Positions 47,778-62,469 of a stretch of 64,000 bases of DNA are shown in pieces. Position 1 is the first letter of the stretch. Every line of letters starts with the position of its first letter. This DNA comes from Basidiobolus meristosporus CBS 931.73 (Eukaryota; Fungi; Basidiobolomycota). Where the stretch lies: contig MCFE01000321.1 of the NCBI GenBank assembly GCA_002104905.1, positions 1 to 64,000 of the forward strand. Reading direction: 5' to 3'. The notes beneath the pieces are model-generated. The model was not told where the DNA came from. It did not search any database and saw nothing but the letters and a program-made list of their open reading frames with translations. Made by a program: the position numbers and the translations under genes.

Positions 47778-50637
47778 ATGCCACTATTTCGTGCTGACAC
47801 CGGTCATCAAAGCCCAAATAGAAAGGTATCGTAGAATACAGGTCACACTCTCTCTAGATTCCTTACTTACCACTATACTAGATTATTCAGCTAGAGCGCG
47901 ATACCTCCACTACTCTACAAGACAATCTCGAAATAATTTTTACTCGTTTCGATTGCGCCAAAAAGGGCACCATTATTGCCGAAAATCTGTTCCCAATACT
48001 CGAACTATTTGAACGCGAACAAGGGATCTCACTGTTGGCTTCAGAGCCTAAGGATCTGCTAAACAAATTTTGCCAAAAAAACAGCCAGCTCGAGTTATCG
48101 GCAGAGGATTTACACCGACTTATATCAGAGCTATCTTCTCCCAGAAACGCCTGTTCTCCTGGTAGCTCACCAAGAAGCTCTACCCCTCAGCCCCATTCGG
48201 CTTTAGCGTTCACGCATCCACTGTCACCCCTCTCATCTCGAAGAAGAACCACACCGCTTATTTCGAAAGTTCTCAGTACCAAAAAAGTCGCCATTAGCAG
48301 CTTAAGGCGTAGAAGTTTATCCAATAGCGGATTTCCTACTAAGCTTTTCTTCGACGACGACGTGAAAAGTGCACCATCGAACCTAACGGAAGGTTCTCAC
48401 CCAAAAGTTGACGATATCAACACCGATTCTATTTTCTACAACCAAAACGGGTTCGAAGGTGATTCTGTACTTAGTTTTTGTTCACCTCTCCAGGTAACCT
48501 TGTTCATGCTGGTTTTAGATTGTTCAGAAGCTAATAGTGCCACTATTTGCATTTCGGTTTAGCTTGACATGATTGATAGTATCAAAACACCGAAATCAAC
48601 GCGTCACTCTCACAACAACAATGAGTCGTGGGGTAGACATACTATTGAAGCCAGCTCTTGGATTTCCTCTACTTCCGAGAATGAAAGTAGCTTTGAAAGA
48701 TCGAACGATGTTTATGCAGATCTTGAGGTGAATTAAAGTGTTGCAAATGTCGTACATATAACAAAATCTCATTTTCAGTATTAATTATTAATAGATACAA
48801 GCAGTCAGTCCTTCACAGCATCACCAACTCCACAAGATGACTGCTAGCTTGAATAGACGACTGCTTCAAGCAGAGAAAAATCTGAATCTTACAGTTCACC
48901 AACACGAGGAACAAATTAGTGATTTACAAACCCGTATCGATGAAATGCAGAAGGAACTGATACTGAAAAGAAGAGATATCCAGGAGTTGAAGGGTCGTGA
49001 AAAAACCCATTTAGCACAAATAAGCTTGGTAAGTAATTCATCATCCTAAGCAAGCTTAGATCTCTTTTTCACCCTTGTCGCGTAGCTTGAATCCGAAGTT
49101 GTTTCTGTAACTCGGCGCTTATCCGACCATCAAAATTCATATGGTGACCTCAAGAGGCAATGCGAAGAAAAAAGAAGTAAGCTAGTATCTTACATATTTC
49201 TTTAATCACGAAAATAATGGCTGATATATCGCTCCTTTATAGACGAGAATGAGAAGCTTCAGCAACAAATAAAAGTACAAGAGGAAGAATTATGTAATGT
49301 GGAGATGGAGCTCCAAACATTTGCATCAAAACAGGAAAAAGTAGTGTGCACACCAATCGATCTTTGCCGATGTAAATTCTCACATTTTCCGAAAGTTCCA
49401 GGATGAACGGGTTGCTCTTGAAAAGCATATTGCTCGACTTGAGCACGAGATCCTATTTGCCCAAACACTTGAGACAGAAGTCAACGAGCTTCAACAAGAC
49501 AATCAACATCTTAGAGGTGTCATCGAAGGTTTACGTAAGGACCTTGACGAAACCAGGAAAAGTGTTCGTGGCAATTCTGTTGGAGAACATTTAGTCTACA
49601 GGAATCACCCAAGCCAGGTAGATATTTCATTGCAACTGCTATTAAAGAGGGATAGTATCCTAAGCATCGTTTTTCGATTAGAATTTGTTTTCTGAACTGG
49701 CGCTACAAGACCAAGATATTGATGCTCAGATTGTTCCGAATTCTGATCAAAACGAAAATAACGATGCAAATGTAAGTGTTTCTGAGTTGACCTGGTGATT
49801 GGCGTATCTCTCTGATCCTTGAATGGTTTCCAGGAGCAATGCAAACATATTGAGGGCTTACTTGAGGAAAATCATTTCTTCAAATCCCAAGTAGACATTG
49901 CTACGCAAAAATGGATGGATGGTGAGTTACAACGTAGCAGAAATCCTTTACTCTTACAGTGTTTACTTACAATACACATTCTAGCAATGAGTCAATTACA
50001 GCAAGCGAAAGCCTCGGTCAGAGAGGAGAAAGAACTGCTTTTGGCAGAAATTGAACGTCTTCGAAACTCGCAAGTGTCTGTGTCCGACAAAGATACACAA
50101 TGTGATATCCTTTCGGCGACTAGTTCATCGTCGGATGCATTTCCCCAGTGTGACTGTTCTATACTCGACCATGGTTTATCAGAAGTCGAAGTAGGAAGTG
50201 CAGAGTCAACACCTCCACATAAGAAGCTCTTGGATAACGAACACCAGAATGTACCAAAAGATTGTGACATTGAGTTACTCAATCCAAATGCCAGTTTGAA
50301 AACATCCATGCCCCGAGGTCGCCACTGCCACCTTTCTTCCCAGGAGAAGAATAAGAGTAAAGAAGCTACTTCTAGAGCACTAGGAAGAAGACCTTGGTTC
50401 AGTAGCATCATGTTGTATATCTTAATATCCATACTAGTTATCTTCTTCGCCCGAGCTCTTGCAAGAATTCCTTCCGATGCCGTAAATTTTGAGCCTAGAG
50501 GTGTCTCCATAGATTTACACCCTGTTACTTCAGGGTTAAAACGGTTTTATCATGCATGCACCAGAACGCCAGCGTTTGCCGCCGAATGGTTAAACCTATT
50601 TGGCGAAGACAATGAAGCCTTCCAAATTCCAACTTGA
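47778..50637 (+). CDS. EF-hand-like / coiled-coil / C-terminal transmembrane protein; candidate KASH5/Kms1-like nuclear envelope protein, spliced
   Basis: Exon 1 MPLFRADTGHQSPNRK, intron 47826-47881, then LEIIFTRFDCAKKGTIIAENLFPILELFE, a Ser/Pro-rich linker and long heptad-like exons (48837-49600). TM WFSSIMLYILISILVIFFARALA with a ~57-aa tail ending QIPT*. Gene existence is well supported; the family call is inference. Confidence 0.6.
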
Positions 50638-51412
50638 GCAGTCGTATTCTTGACCTTCCCTGGTGGAGTAAAAAGGGCTTGAATAGCATGCGTACATATA
50701 TATATATATCCTTTGTTTTCTTTTGTATGTTCTTGGTTTCTTATGTTATAATTGTTTATAGCAGGTAAATAAACAACAATGCTTTGATAAAGTTTGGCGG
50801 TCACAGCTACTATTCTTGATCAAGATAATCGGGAGCTAGACCTCATTCCATGGAATACAGTATAGATAACGCAACAGCCGGATGGTCATATAATTCGTGT
50901 AACAAATTCAGCGAATGTGCAACATTTTCTCAGCATCAAACCAATTTCAACACACCTGGCGGATCCACATTGATCTGTTGACAAATGAACTCAGTCTCTC
51001 ATGTTCTACCAGTACCCACCAGTACCCACCAGTACCCTTCTAACTAAATAGCGTGATGGAGTTAGTTGGGATTCCTTCCTTTTTAAGCAGGTGGCTATCC
51101 ATATTATTGATGGATTGTAGTTAACCGTACCGTTTAATGCACTGAATATGCGCTGATTCAAGCCCCAATTCGTTATTTATTTCAAAGGTTGGATAGATTA
51201 TAATCGACTTGATAGGAGAGGGGGCAGTATTGCTTAGGGATAATAGTAGGCTTTCTTTCGAAAAACACCTATCTTTTATTGTGTCCTCACAACACTTTTC
51301 TCAGCCAGGGTTTGATAATAACCCTCTCATAGAACTTTGCAAAGAATACCATCGTTGTATTCCATCCTTCAAACTACTTTATTTATTCCAACTGCTCCAC
51401 TACACATCATCC

Positions 51413-54400
51413 ATGATGAGTAGACATGAGCCATATCCGGCCACCGAAGGCCCGCGAATCCCCTTATTAAAAGACTACCATTTTGGCGAATCCCTAGAGT
51501 CTCACATAACTGCTGAGCCCTTGGAACAGCCAGTGGGTAGCGGGGATTCGTTGTCTTGTCTTGACCAGAGCGGCGAGTTTGCTGCTTATGGATTCCCGCA
51601 GACCAGGGAGTCCACCTCCAGCACGGGTCGTATCATAAGTGGCAAGCATCTGGGTAGACTTTATCCTAGTCTTAGCGGGAGAGGTTAGGATGCACTATTG
51701 TTGCTTCAGTGGCGTTTGCTTACCGTTAATATCATACGTTAATGTAGAGAGTACCTTGCGGCCACCCGCTCGTGGCCAACACATCAGAAGTAATTCAGAC
51801 GGGGAATTCACCAGGCTGTCTCGCACCAGCGAAACCATGAGCATCCCAAAGAAAAAGGTGGTCATTTACCCTGCACTACTATCAAGAGTCGCCGAGGTAT
51901 TTCGGGAGAAGATTGTGTTGCAAAACCATGTTAAGGATTCACTAGAGTACAAAAATTGCTTTACCGGACGGGAGGCAGTTGTAAGTGGTATTCCAAGCGC
52001 AGCGTCCTTGAGACGTCTTCCCCTATGCTAAGCGGACTGACCTGGACTGCATTTTAGGATATAATTTGCTATATCATCCGGAACAGCGACCGAAATCTCG
52101 CCCTGCTCTTGGGCCGTGCGCTAGATGCACAGAAGATGTTTCACGATGTCACGTACGAGCACAGACTTAGGGATAGTTTGAACGAGTTGTATATGTTTGA
52201 CGAGTTGATCTCCACTTCATACGATGAAGCCGAGTCAGATAGGAACTCGCTGAGCCCGGAGGACACTGCATCCGAACCACCAGTCAATGGTGTATTCACA
52301 CTGCTAGCCAGTTGCTACTCCCCAACGTGCTCTCGAGACAGACTATGCTACAGTATTGCTTGCCCAAGACGGCTAGAGCAGGTATTGCTCATGAGAACAG
52401 AATTGCTCGTCATACACCCAGCTCTAACATCCAACCCAAACCATAGCAAGCAAGGTTAAATATGACGCCCAGTGCTGGTCTTAAACGAACGGAAAGCCGT
52501 TCTTCACTCCAAGATAAGCAGGTAAGAGTTCTACTCTGTGCATCTCCTTGATAGGGCCGGTTGTCAACATCATCCTGTAGGAGCAGCAGGATTTTTGGAT
52601 CAACTCCGTCCCCAAAGAGATAGTGGATTCGGTCTCGAAGGAAGAGCAGAAGAGACAGGAGATTATTTTCGAGGTGATCTACACCGAGAGAGACTTTGTC
52701 CGAGACCTTGAGATCCTCAACGAGGTATGCTGTGTTGTGGTTGGTATGGTTGCTGAATGCCATCAACTCACCAGATTCTGTAGCTCTACATGGCTCCCCT
52801 GATGTATGGCAGTGTGATAGAGGAGACTCGAAGGGAGAGCTTTGGCCGGGAGGTTTTCTTCAATGTAATGGAGGTGTATTCGGTGGGGTCCAAGTTGAGT
52901 GATGATCTCATCAAAAGGCAAAACGAGAGAGCGGTTGTGGAGCGGATCGGTGATGTCTTCCTCAAACACGTCGGGAACTTCAAACCCTTCGTCAGTTACG
53001 GTGCGCACCAGATTTACTCGAAGCATTGCCTAGAGCTGGAGTCCAAGCGTAACCACCGGCTAGCTAAGTTCTTGGAGGTAAGTTCGACCTTGTGTTGGAT
53101 GGTGTACGGTTGTTGAACTTGGGCCACTTCAGGAAAGAGAGCGTTTACCAGAGTCTCGAAAGCTGCCCATCTATAGCTTTTTGGGAAGACCAACCACAAG
53201 GCTGGGCCGGTACCCTCTGCTGCTGGAAGCCGTGATCAAACATACTCCCGATGGCCATCCTGATAAGCGCGATCTACCGATCGTTATCGAGGCCATCAAG
53301 GAGTTGTTGTCCCAGGTGAATACGGAGACCGGTCGCGCGGACAACAAGCTCCGTCTGACCAAGCTAAACGACGCCCTCTTTAGCAAGAACGGCGATATCA
53401 AGGTTGGGTCCGAGGGTTTGTTCCACCGTGCTTCTAGACAACTAATGCGCGTGTTCATTTAAGGAGTTGAGGCTGCTGGACGAAAACCGACAACTGATCA
53501 GAGATGGGCCGATCAAGAAGCGTTCAGGTGTGGAGCAAGTGGAGCTGACCATGTTCCTGTTTGACCATGCGCTCCTGCTTACCAAAAAGAAGAAGACCAA
53601 GGACTCGGACTTTTACGAATACAAAGTCCACAAGAAGGTAAGGGCGCTTCGTTGCAGAGCCTTGTTTGCATGGACACTTGATTGAATGTGTCTTCCTAGC
53701 CAATCCCTCTAGAGCTCCTCGCTCTATCCTCCACGGACGAGGTGCTTCCTCGAGTGGTCACAAGGCGTTCCAGCGCCGTCTTGGGCCACTTGCCTGGAGC
53801 AGCCACGCCCAAGTACATCTCGGATATCGGCAAAGGAGGATATCCGCTAACCATCACCCACCTCGGGAAAAACGGGGGTAGCCACACCCTCTATGCCGCG
53901 AGCCAAGCAGACTTGCAGATGTGGAAAGAGAGGATCGAGCAACAGCGAGCCTTGATAGCCGAGAAGAAGATGAAGTTCGAGCTGGACGTGCTGACCGACA
54001 TCACCTTCACCACCACCAACAGAGTAACCTGCTCCGCGGTCGTCGGTAAGTGGCACACACCCTCCTCCCAGGTGCATTTCTAAACAACCCTCTGCCTCAG
54101 ACTTCAGCAAGACCATCGTGATTGGGGCCGAAGACGGCATATACGCAGGGATCGAGGGGTCCCGAAAAAGTTTCAAGAAGATCATCGAGATTGAAAGAGT
54201 GTCACAGATCGCTGTGTTGGAGAGTTACAACATCCTACTTGTGTTAGCAGGTAATGTCAACTGAGGCTTGCCGGCGATGGTCGAATGGTTGCTAATCCAC
54301 CATTGCCTGGTCCAGACAAGGTACTTGTCACCTTCCCCCTGGCGACGCTAGATTCCATGGAGTTGGTGAGCATCAAGCGTGCGCGTAAGATTAGTTCCCA

Positions 54401-55342
54401 CGTCAGCTTCTTCAAGGTCGGCGTCTGTCTTGGAAAAACGTTGGTTTGCGTGGTGAAGTCCACCGCGCTTTCCTCCACAATCAAGACGTACGAGCCGATC
54501 CCTGTAGACACCACCAAGAAGAAGAGTTCTCTGGGGAAACTATTGATCCGAAGCAGTGGGGACGGGATGAAGGTGTATAAGGTAAACGGCTTCGCACTGT
54601 GCCCTTGGGATCGCCGTGGTCACTCACCCGTCTACGCAGGAATTTTACATCCCCACGGAGTCGTCCTCGGTCCATTTCCTGAGATCCAAGCTGTGTGTTG
54701 GGTGTACCAAGGGTTTTGAGATTGTGGATCTGGAATCGCTCAATACTCAAGGTTCGTTGCACTGTGACCGCGGTAGCCGAGTGGTACTTACGCGCATCCA
54801 CCTGTAGATTTGTTAGACCCAGCCGATGAAAACCTCAACTTCGTTCTGAAGCGCGAGAACATCAGACCTATCAGCATCTTCAGAATCCGGGACGGGGATT
54901 TCCTGCTGTGTTACGACGGTAAAGTGAATTCTGACATCGACCGAGGCCCATCTAACATCCGATATCCCCACCAGAATTCGCCTTCTACGTCAACAAAAAT
55001 GGCCGAAGATCACGACCCAACTTCATCATCAACTGGGAGGGTGCCCCATCCGCCTTTGGTACGGCCGCTTGTTCCCCTCACTCACACGGCTGTGACTAAC
55101 CTTTCCTCGTTGTAGCGCTGCAATACCCCTATGCCATCGCATTCGATCCGTCGTTCATCGAGATCCGACATATCGAAACCGGTGAGCTTGCGCAGGTGAT
55201 TGTCGCCAAGAACCTGCGTCCACTTTGTATCGAGAGCAACACGGTTCATTGTGTGGCCGATTCGATTCTCGACTACCAGAGTGTGTCGCAGCTCAAGCTG
55301 CGAAACGAGGAATCGCCTGACGTCCCGGTGAACGGAAGATAG
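51413..55342 (+). CDS. ROM2: ROM1/ROM2-type Rho1 guanine nucleotide exchange factor (DEP-DH-PH-CNH), multi-intron
   Basis: DEP: FTGREAV...LLLGRALDAQKMFHDVTYEHRLRDS. DH: KRQEIIFEVIYTERDFVRD, RPTTRLGRYPLLLEAV. PH: FLFDHALLL. CNH: FYIPTESSSVHFLRSKLCVGCTKGFEIVDL. Start codon is a best guess. Confidence 0.9.
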
Positions 55343-55521
55343 GCCATGCGGGTCGGGTCGCCAATGTACATCTCGGTCGAACTTAATTACCTCCCCATCT
55401 CTCTCCACCCGTTAATCTGCTTGCGTTCATTGTATTTTTCCCTGACCTCACCTCTCCGTTTATCGACACACATTGCAATGTTTCCACAGGCCTTTCATAT
55501 CCTTGATAACCTAGATGCTCA

Positions 55522-55538
55522 ACACACACACACACACA
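55522..55538. repeat. (AC)n microsatellite
   Basis: About 8 AC units, intergenic. Confidence 0.8.
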
Positions 55539-55876
55539 AATGATATCTCTCCCTTGTTGCATAGCACTTAGAAATCTGACTAAAACCGTATCCAAACAAC
55601 TTCCATCTCGTTCCCCCCCCCCGACCGTGTGTCACGTGATATCACGAGGGTAGCGCGGTCGAGAGTTAAAAAAAATGGACGAAAGCAGTCCTCGAAGGGG
55701 ATGAAAATGAGAATCATAAAAAAAAACGGACCGAACTGATCAACCACGGCACCAATATCAATCACCGTAAGACTCGTCAATCGGGTCAAGGCAACCCAAC
55801 AAGTGCGTTCGCATACCAAACCAAAGCCAAGGCCGAAACCGCGCAACCCGTCACCCCCCTTCCAAACGACCACAGC

Positions 55877-57013
55877 ATGTCCAAGTTAACGTCCGCCGAT
55901 TCGCTGGAAGACGACTTCTACCTGTCCGGCTCTGGCAGCGAGCCCGAGTTGGACGAGACCACGGAGCCAACCGAGGACGTCTCCGACGACGAGGAGCAAG
56001 ACGTCCCGACCGAGACGAAAAAGAGAAAGGTGGAGGCGAAGGAGGAGCCGAAGAAGGCCAAAAAAGCAAAGGTACACCTCGGGAAGGACCGTCCCCCCCA
56101 CCACCACCACCATCACCACCCCGACCACTAACCCGCTTGCTTGACCAATATTAGAAACCCAAGAAGGCGTACGCGCTCGAGGTGGAGTTTGGTCACATGT
56201 CCGCCGGCGAGCAGGCGAAATACTACTTCGAGAAGCAGAGGGACTGCCGGTCGAAGCTGTCGGAACTCGAGCTGCAGGAGTTGGAGTTTGACGGTAAGCA
56301 CACGTGGGAGACGGATCGGCGAGGAGGAGGTTTGGCACTCAACTGAGAGACTTCGTATTCTAGAGAGCTGTTTCGTCGACACCCGGGAATTCGAATTGGA
56401 GCACACGCTGGAGAACATGACCAAGGTGCTGCAGAAGAGTGAGTGACCAAGTGGAAGTGGTTGAACCCGCCAACGTCGTACTTTGCTAACCCCCATCCCC
56501 TCATAGTCATCCCTAGTTACAAGGCCAGACTGGTGAGAAAGCCCGCCAAGAAGGGGGCCCCTTCTCTGATCATCATCTGTAGCTCGGCCATCAGAGCGGT
56601 GGATCTTTGCAGGTTAGTCAGTTTTCGAACTTCGGGCAACAGTCGGGAAAGTAGACGAACCCTCCTCCTAACCCACTCCCCCCCTTCACAGAGCGGTCAA
56701 GGAGCTCACCAAGACCTGTCCGGTGGGAAAGCTCTTCGCCAAGCACAAGAAGTTGGCGGAGCAGATCTCGTTCCTGAAGGCGTTCGACTTCAACATCGCC
56801 ATCGGCACGCCCAACCGTATCATGAAGATACTGGAGGACTCGGACGCGCTCGACCTGGAGCGTCTGGAGTTGTGTCTCATCGATTGCCACCGGGACCAGA
56901 AGGAGCGCACGATCTTCGATATCCCCGAGTGTCGTGGGGACCTCTTCACCCTCCTCGGGAACCACCTCACCCCGCGATTCAAGGCGGACCAGACGAAGCT
57001 GGTGTTCTATTGA
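55877..57013 (+). CDS. CMS1: CMS1-like protein (U3-containing 90S pre-ribosome associated), spliced
   Basis: Acidic/Lys-rich N-terminus (ADSLEDDF), KLSELELQEL, GAPSLIIICSSAIRAVDL, KLFAKHKKLAEQ...IAIGTPNRI. Confidence 0.85.
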
Positions 57014-57220
57014 TAGGGTGGGGCGTGGAGTGGTGGCAACGGTGGGCGATAGAGATATGTGTACATATACCGGCGCACCCAATGCTTTTCATCAATAAAA
57101 AATGGTCGCATTTATTTCGACGAGTTGGATTGAAGGGAGAGGGGGGGAATAGATGGAGGGGGAGAGGGAGAGGGAGAGGGAGAAAGCCTCTCGAAATTAA
57201 ACGTGCACGAAATCCATAGA

Positions 57221-58200
<980 letters not shown>

Positions 58201-58425
58201 CTAAGGGAGACCACCCAGCCAGATAGTAATTGATATGGAATTGGAAATTTTGGTTGCGTAATGGTATGCCGTCCTGCGGGTGTGGAGATCTAGCATGTTT
58301 ACGTCGATTCCCATGACGCAATCCGGGGGTTGGTGGTTAGATTTCAACATGAATAGGGAAATTCTGCATAAATGGGAGATGGATTCAATTTATTGCTCGG
58401 TGGAATCATACAACACATGTGGAAA

Positions 58426-60607
58426 TCACAGTTTGGGCTCTGGGTTGGACATCCAACCGAACTCGAGCTTCTTCTTGCCTCCGGGCTTGATCATCACATT
58501 GACGACCGACAGCTTCTCCGTCTCGTTGAGCGCCTGCTGGACGGCACTGCCGAGCTCCTCTGGGGTGCGCACAAAATACCCCTTGCCACCAACCGCATCC
58601 GCAATCATGTCGTATCGAGTCTCGGGCAGCAATGCCGTGGGTGGCAGGCTCTCGATGGGAGTTTTGTTGAATTCCCCATGATCCAAGCCGTGGTAGATCC
58701 CGTTGTTGTTCACCACAATGATCACCAGAGGAAGCTTAGCACGGGCTGCGGTTTCAAGTTCCATGGCACTACATGATGGTGAATAATGAGTCAGAGATAC
58801 GATGAGGAGAATGTCCCACCAAGAACCCCTGTACTAACCTGAATCCAAATGCGGAGTCACCTACGATGGCAACCACTTTTCTGTTGGTGTGGAACATTTG
58901 CGCGGCGACCGAGAAGCCCATGCCCACTCCCATGGTGGCGAAAGTGCCGGCGTCGAGTCTCAGACGTGGACTGTACATGTCGAAAACGGTTCTCGCTATG
59001 TCCATGGTGTTCGCGCCTTCACTTACAATCACCACGTCCTCCGGTAGCCTTTGCTTGATCTCGGAGAAGACTCGATGGTATGACATGGGGATGGAGTCGT
59101 CTTTGTAGCGCTTCTCATTGGACTCCGTGTTGGCGTGGATCTTTGCCTTCAGCTCCTTCAGGTATGGGCTCTGCTGAGAATACTGATAGCCCTTTAGGCC
59201 CTCGGCGAGTTGGCTGACAACGAGGGAGATGTCTCCCACCAGCGGAAGTGTCTCGCGATTGTTGCGGATCTCTTCTGGACAAATATCCACTTGGATGATT
59301 TTGCAATCCTTGTGGATTCTTGGGGACATGCCGAAATGTAGAATCCAGTTGAGTCTAGCGCCAAGAAGCACAATGGCATCTGCCTTGGCAAGAGCTTTGG
59401 AACGGGCAGCAGCAACACACAGAGGATGTGTGTCCGAAACAACTCCTTTGCCCATAGGAGTGGGAAGGAAAGGAAGACCGGTGGAGTCAATAAGATGATT
59501 GATCTCTTTCTCGCTTCTTGCGTAAGCTGCACCCTTGCCAACAATAATAAGTGGATTCTTGGCGGTTCTCAACACTTGCACAGCAACTTCAACGTCACGA
59601 GGGTCCGCTTGGTACTTGGGAGCCTCGGGAACCTGGCGATGAATGGAGACCTTTCTGGAGGTAGCCCCTTGAATGTAGTCGCCAGGCAGATCAATATAGC
59701 ATGGGCCTGGTCTTCCATAAGTGGCTGTTCTGAATGCCTTCTCGACAACGAATGGAATCTGCTCGATGCTTCCGGGACGTGCTGCATATCTGAATGAAAT
59801 TTAATGAATTTATTTTCCGGAGATTGGGTGGCTGATACCCATGCATGACTTACTTGGTGTATTGACGGCATGCCTCGACTTGTCGGAGTTCCTGGAATCC
59901 ACCCATATCTTCCTATTGCAACGTCAGTCTCAAGAAAGAATCTACCCAGCCTGAGAATGCCCCTTACCTGAGTGGTGTCACTGGAGCCACTGATCAATAC
60001 CATGGGCTGTGAGAACACAAAAAATAGTTAGCACAACCAACACACAGGATTCTGGTCGCAGTTGAAAAGACATACCCAGCAATTTACTTGAGCATTACCC
60101 AGTCCGGCAAGACCTACACAGAAAGGTTAACATCAAGAGATCCGTAACGCGCACAGCAGAATTCCGCCATACCATGGATGACACCCGGGCCAGAAACAGT
60201 TAGACAGACCTAGAAAGTGGAAGGGAGAAGCTTAGCCTTATGTCACTACGTTTGAATCAACCTTCTCTGTGCTTACACCAGGGCGGCCGGTAAGAAAGCC
60301 TGAAGAACATCAGTTAGGGAGACGTCGCTCAACAAACCACAAGTTCACCTACCCCAAGCACCGGCAGCGTAACTGGCGGACTGTTCGTTTCGGAAACCGA
60401 TAAACTTGATCCAACCTCGGTTAAAGCCTCGGCAACCTACGTAGTCCTGTAAGCAAGGTACACTCCTCATTCCAAGTTCGTTCGTTCAAGATAGAGTACC
60501 TCCACCACGGGGATCCCGACAATTCCAAACACCACCGTCACTCCCTGTTCCTTAAGGCACTCTGCAAGGAGCTTGGCGCCGACTGTTTTCTCCTGTATGA
60601 TAGACAT
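58426..60607 (-). CDS. HACL1: 2-hydroxyacyl-CoA lyase / oxalyl-CoA decarboxylase family TPP enzyme, multi-intron
   Basis: VFGIVGIPVVE, FRNEQSASYAAG, SGPGVIH, LLGARLNWILHFG, RLDAGTFATMGVG, TPP motif GDSAFGF...NNNG. Confidence 0.92.
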
Positions 60608-61137
60608 GTTGTAGTAGGGAAACCTGGACCATGATCCATAGATTTATACCCATCTCATCTACATCGCGAACAGGTAAAAATGGAAATTCCATGATTCATT
60701 ATTCATCTGACTGCCTTTCCCAATATCCACCTGATAATATAATCCCAGTTGCCTTTTATGCGAGGTAACCTTGAATGCATGTATATATATACATTGGTCG
60801 ATCCAAGTACCGCGCATGCCAACCAACTCCCGCAACACCAAAACCAAACCTTGTGCCGAGCTAAACCTAATGCCCACAGCGGATTCACGCCCACCCATGA
60901 CAGGGTGGTACGACCCTTGCGTGATTCCCGACCACCGTTGATGAGCAATCTGTGCGAAATATCACAAAATCGATTTATATTATCCAATTGATCAATCGAT
61001 AGAAGAACCAATTTAAATAGGCCAGATAATACAAATGGAGTAAATAGATGTGGGCATAGTGGGAGCTTGGGAAGGCACGCTTCATAACCAGTATATCAAA
61101 ATAGATAGGATTGGCGATATTCGCTTAAATATGGATG

Positions 61138-62469
61138 TTATGGCCCATCTGGGCTCCTGGGAGTGAGGTATCCATACTTCCCATGCTCTTCCTCGCTCTC
61201 GTAACATACGTGGGAGCCCACGCGTGCGAGAAACATTTTCAGTCGAAGTCGCAGGCAATCGTTGTAGAGCTTCTCGTGACTTGACTTGAGCAGGCCGCTG
61301 TGGATCATCCGCAGGAAGCTGTAGAAGTCGCATACCGAGACCAGTCGCTCTCTGCAGAAGCAGCAGAGGGCCTTTGCCTCTGCGTCGTCGTCTTCCAGAC
61401 GATAGGTGTAGCTGGCTTGGGAGTCATTCAGAGCCTGATTACACAGGGAACAGCAGCTGAGGGAAGAGGCCTCTTTCCGTTCGTCGCTGGTGAACACCGG
61501 TTCGATGAGGATGGTGCCCGTCTGCGCGGCCGCGGCGAGCTTCCTTTGCTGAAACCAGCTGCGAACGCCAACCGCCGAGGTGTCGAACCGCAGCAAAAGG
61601 TCGATGTCTTCGACGATACACCGTTTCACAAACCTCGACTGGAGGATGGTTTTGGGGGGCTGGAGCAAGAATTCCCTGAACTCAGCGTACCGGATATCGT
61701 CCTGGTTGAAGAAAAGTCCGGCCCCGGAGAGGGAGCTATCGTCGGAGCACACGCAGCTGCCGACGCTCCGCTTCTCCAGCTCCGAGAGCACGGACTCGGC
61801 ATCGTTCGAGGCGAGGTCGTTGGTATAGACGGAGGATTCGGGGGAAGGGAATGGGTTGTTGAATATCTCGACGTTGGCTGGCTTCTTGTCCGCTGGGATA
61901 ATCAGTGGGGGAAGGTTGTTGTAGGGACCGGTGGGCCCGGGCTTGATGAAGTTGCACTTGAGCTCCGTCAGCTGCTCTGACTGCAGCCTTGAAAGCTCCC
62001 GGTACTCCTCGAGCTGTCTCTCCAGCACGAGATTCTTGCGTTTCATTTCGGCACAGACCTTGCGTTGTTCCACCACCATCTTGTTCGCCTCCTCGAACAG
62101 CTGTATGGACAACTCCTCAAGTTCATTCTCCAGCTTGAACTTCGCATGCTCCACTTCCCCTCTCAGCTCAGTCTCTATGATCAGCTTCTCGGCGAGCCTC
62201 TTCATGTCTAGTTCGTACTGGGTGATGTCCCGTCTATTAATGTTGGTGAAGGCGATGCGTAACTCGGCGATGATGTCTTTGGAGGATTTCAAATCCTTCT
62301 CAATGGAGTGCAGGCGTTGCTCGGCAATGGACTTCTCTTGCTCCACCTCGGCAAGTCTGGCCCTCAACTCTCTGATCTCTAGGAAGGGATCCTCAGCGTG
62401 CGAGTCAATCGTAAGCTGGGTTTCGTCAGGGAACAACCCTATGGTCGAATCAAAGGTGGTCGTGGTCAT
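61138..62469 (-). CDS. SEC2: SEC2/RAB3IP-type Rab GDP/GTP exchange factor, intronless
   Basis: Coiled coil with the Sec2p motif LENELEELSIQLFEEANKMV; C-terminal CSLC...CCFCRERLVSVCDFYSFLR. First ATG at 62469 (the ORF track starts at an upstream TTG). Confidence 0.9.
   Translation of the reverse strand: MTTTTFDSTIGLFPDETQLTIDSHAEDPFLEIRELRARLAEVEQEKSIAEQRLHSIEKDLKSSKDIIAELRIAFTNINRRDITQYELDMKRLAEKLIIETELRGEVEHAKFKLENELEELSIQLFEEANKMVVEQRKVCAEMKRKNLVLERQLEEYRELSRLQSEQLTELKCNFIKPGPTGPYNNLPPLIIPADKKPANVEIFNNPFPSPESSVYTNDLASNDAESVLSELEKRSVGSCVCSDDSSLSGAGLFFNQDDIRYAEFREFLLQPPKTILQSRFVKRCIVEDIDLLLRFDTSAVGVRSWFQQRKLAAAAQTGTILIEPVFTSDERKEASSLSCCSLCNQALNDSQASYTYRLEDDDAEAKALCCFCRERLVSVCDFYSFLRMIHSGLLKSSHEKLYNDCLRLRLKMFLARVGSHVCYESEEEHGKYGYLTPRSPDGP

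Noticed and set aside
51010-51037. Short tandem CAGTACCCAC x~3
   Set aside because: Isolated intergenic minisatellite with no further support for function.
56095-56131. Poly-His tail (PPHHHHHHPDH) in ORF 55877-56131
   Set aside because: It is a (CAC)n run inside CMS1 intron 1 (donor after AAAGCAAAG). The ORF track reads through the intron.
58426-60607. Oxalyl-CoA decarboxylase-like gene as a bacterial horizontal transfer
   Set aside because: Many canonical introns and motifs typical of eukaryotic HACL1. Nothing in the sequence supports recent transfer.
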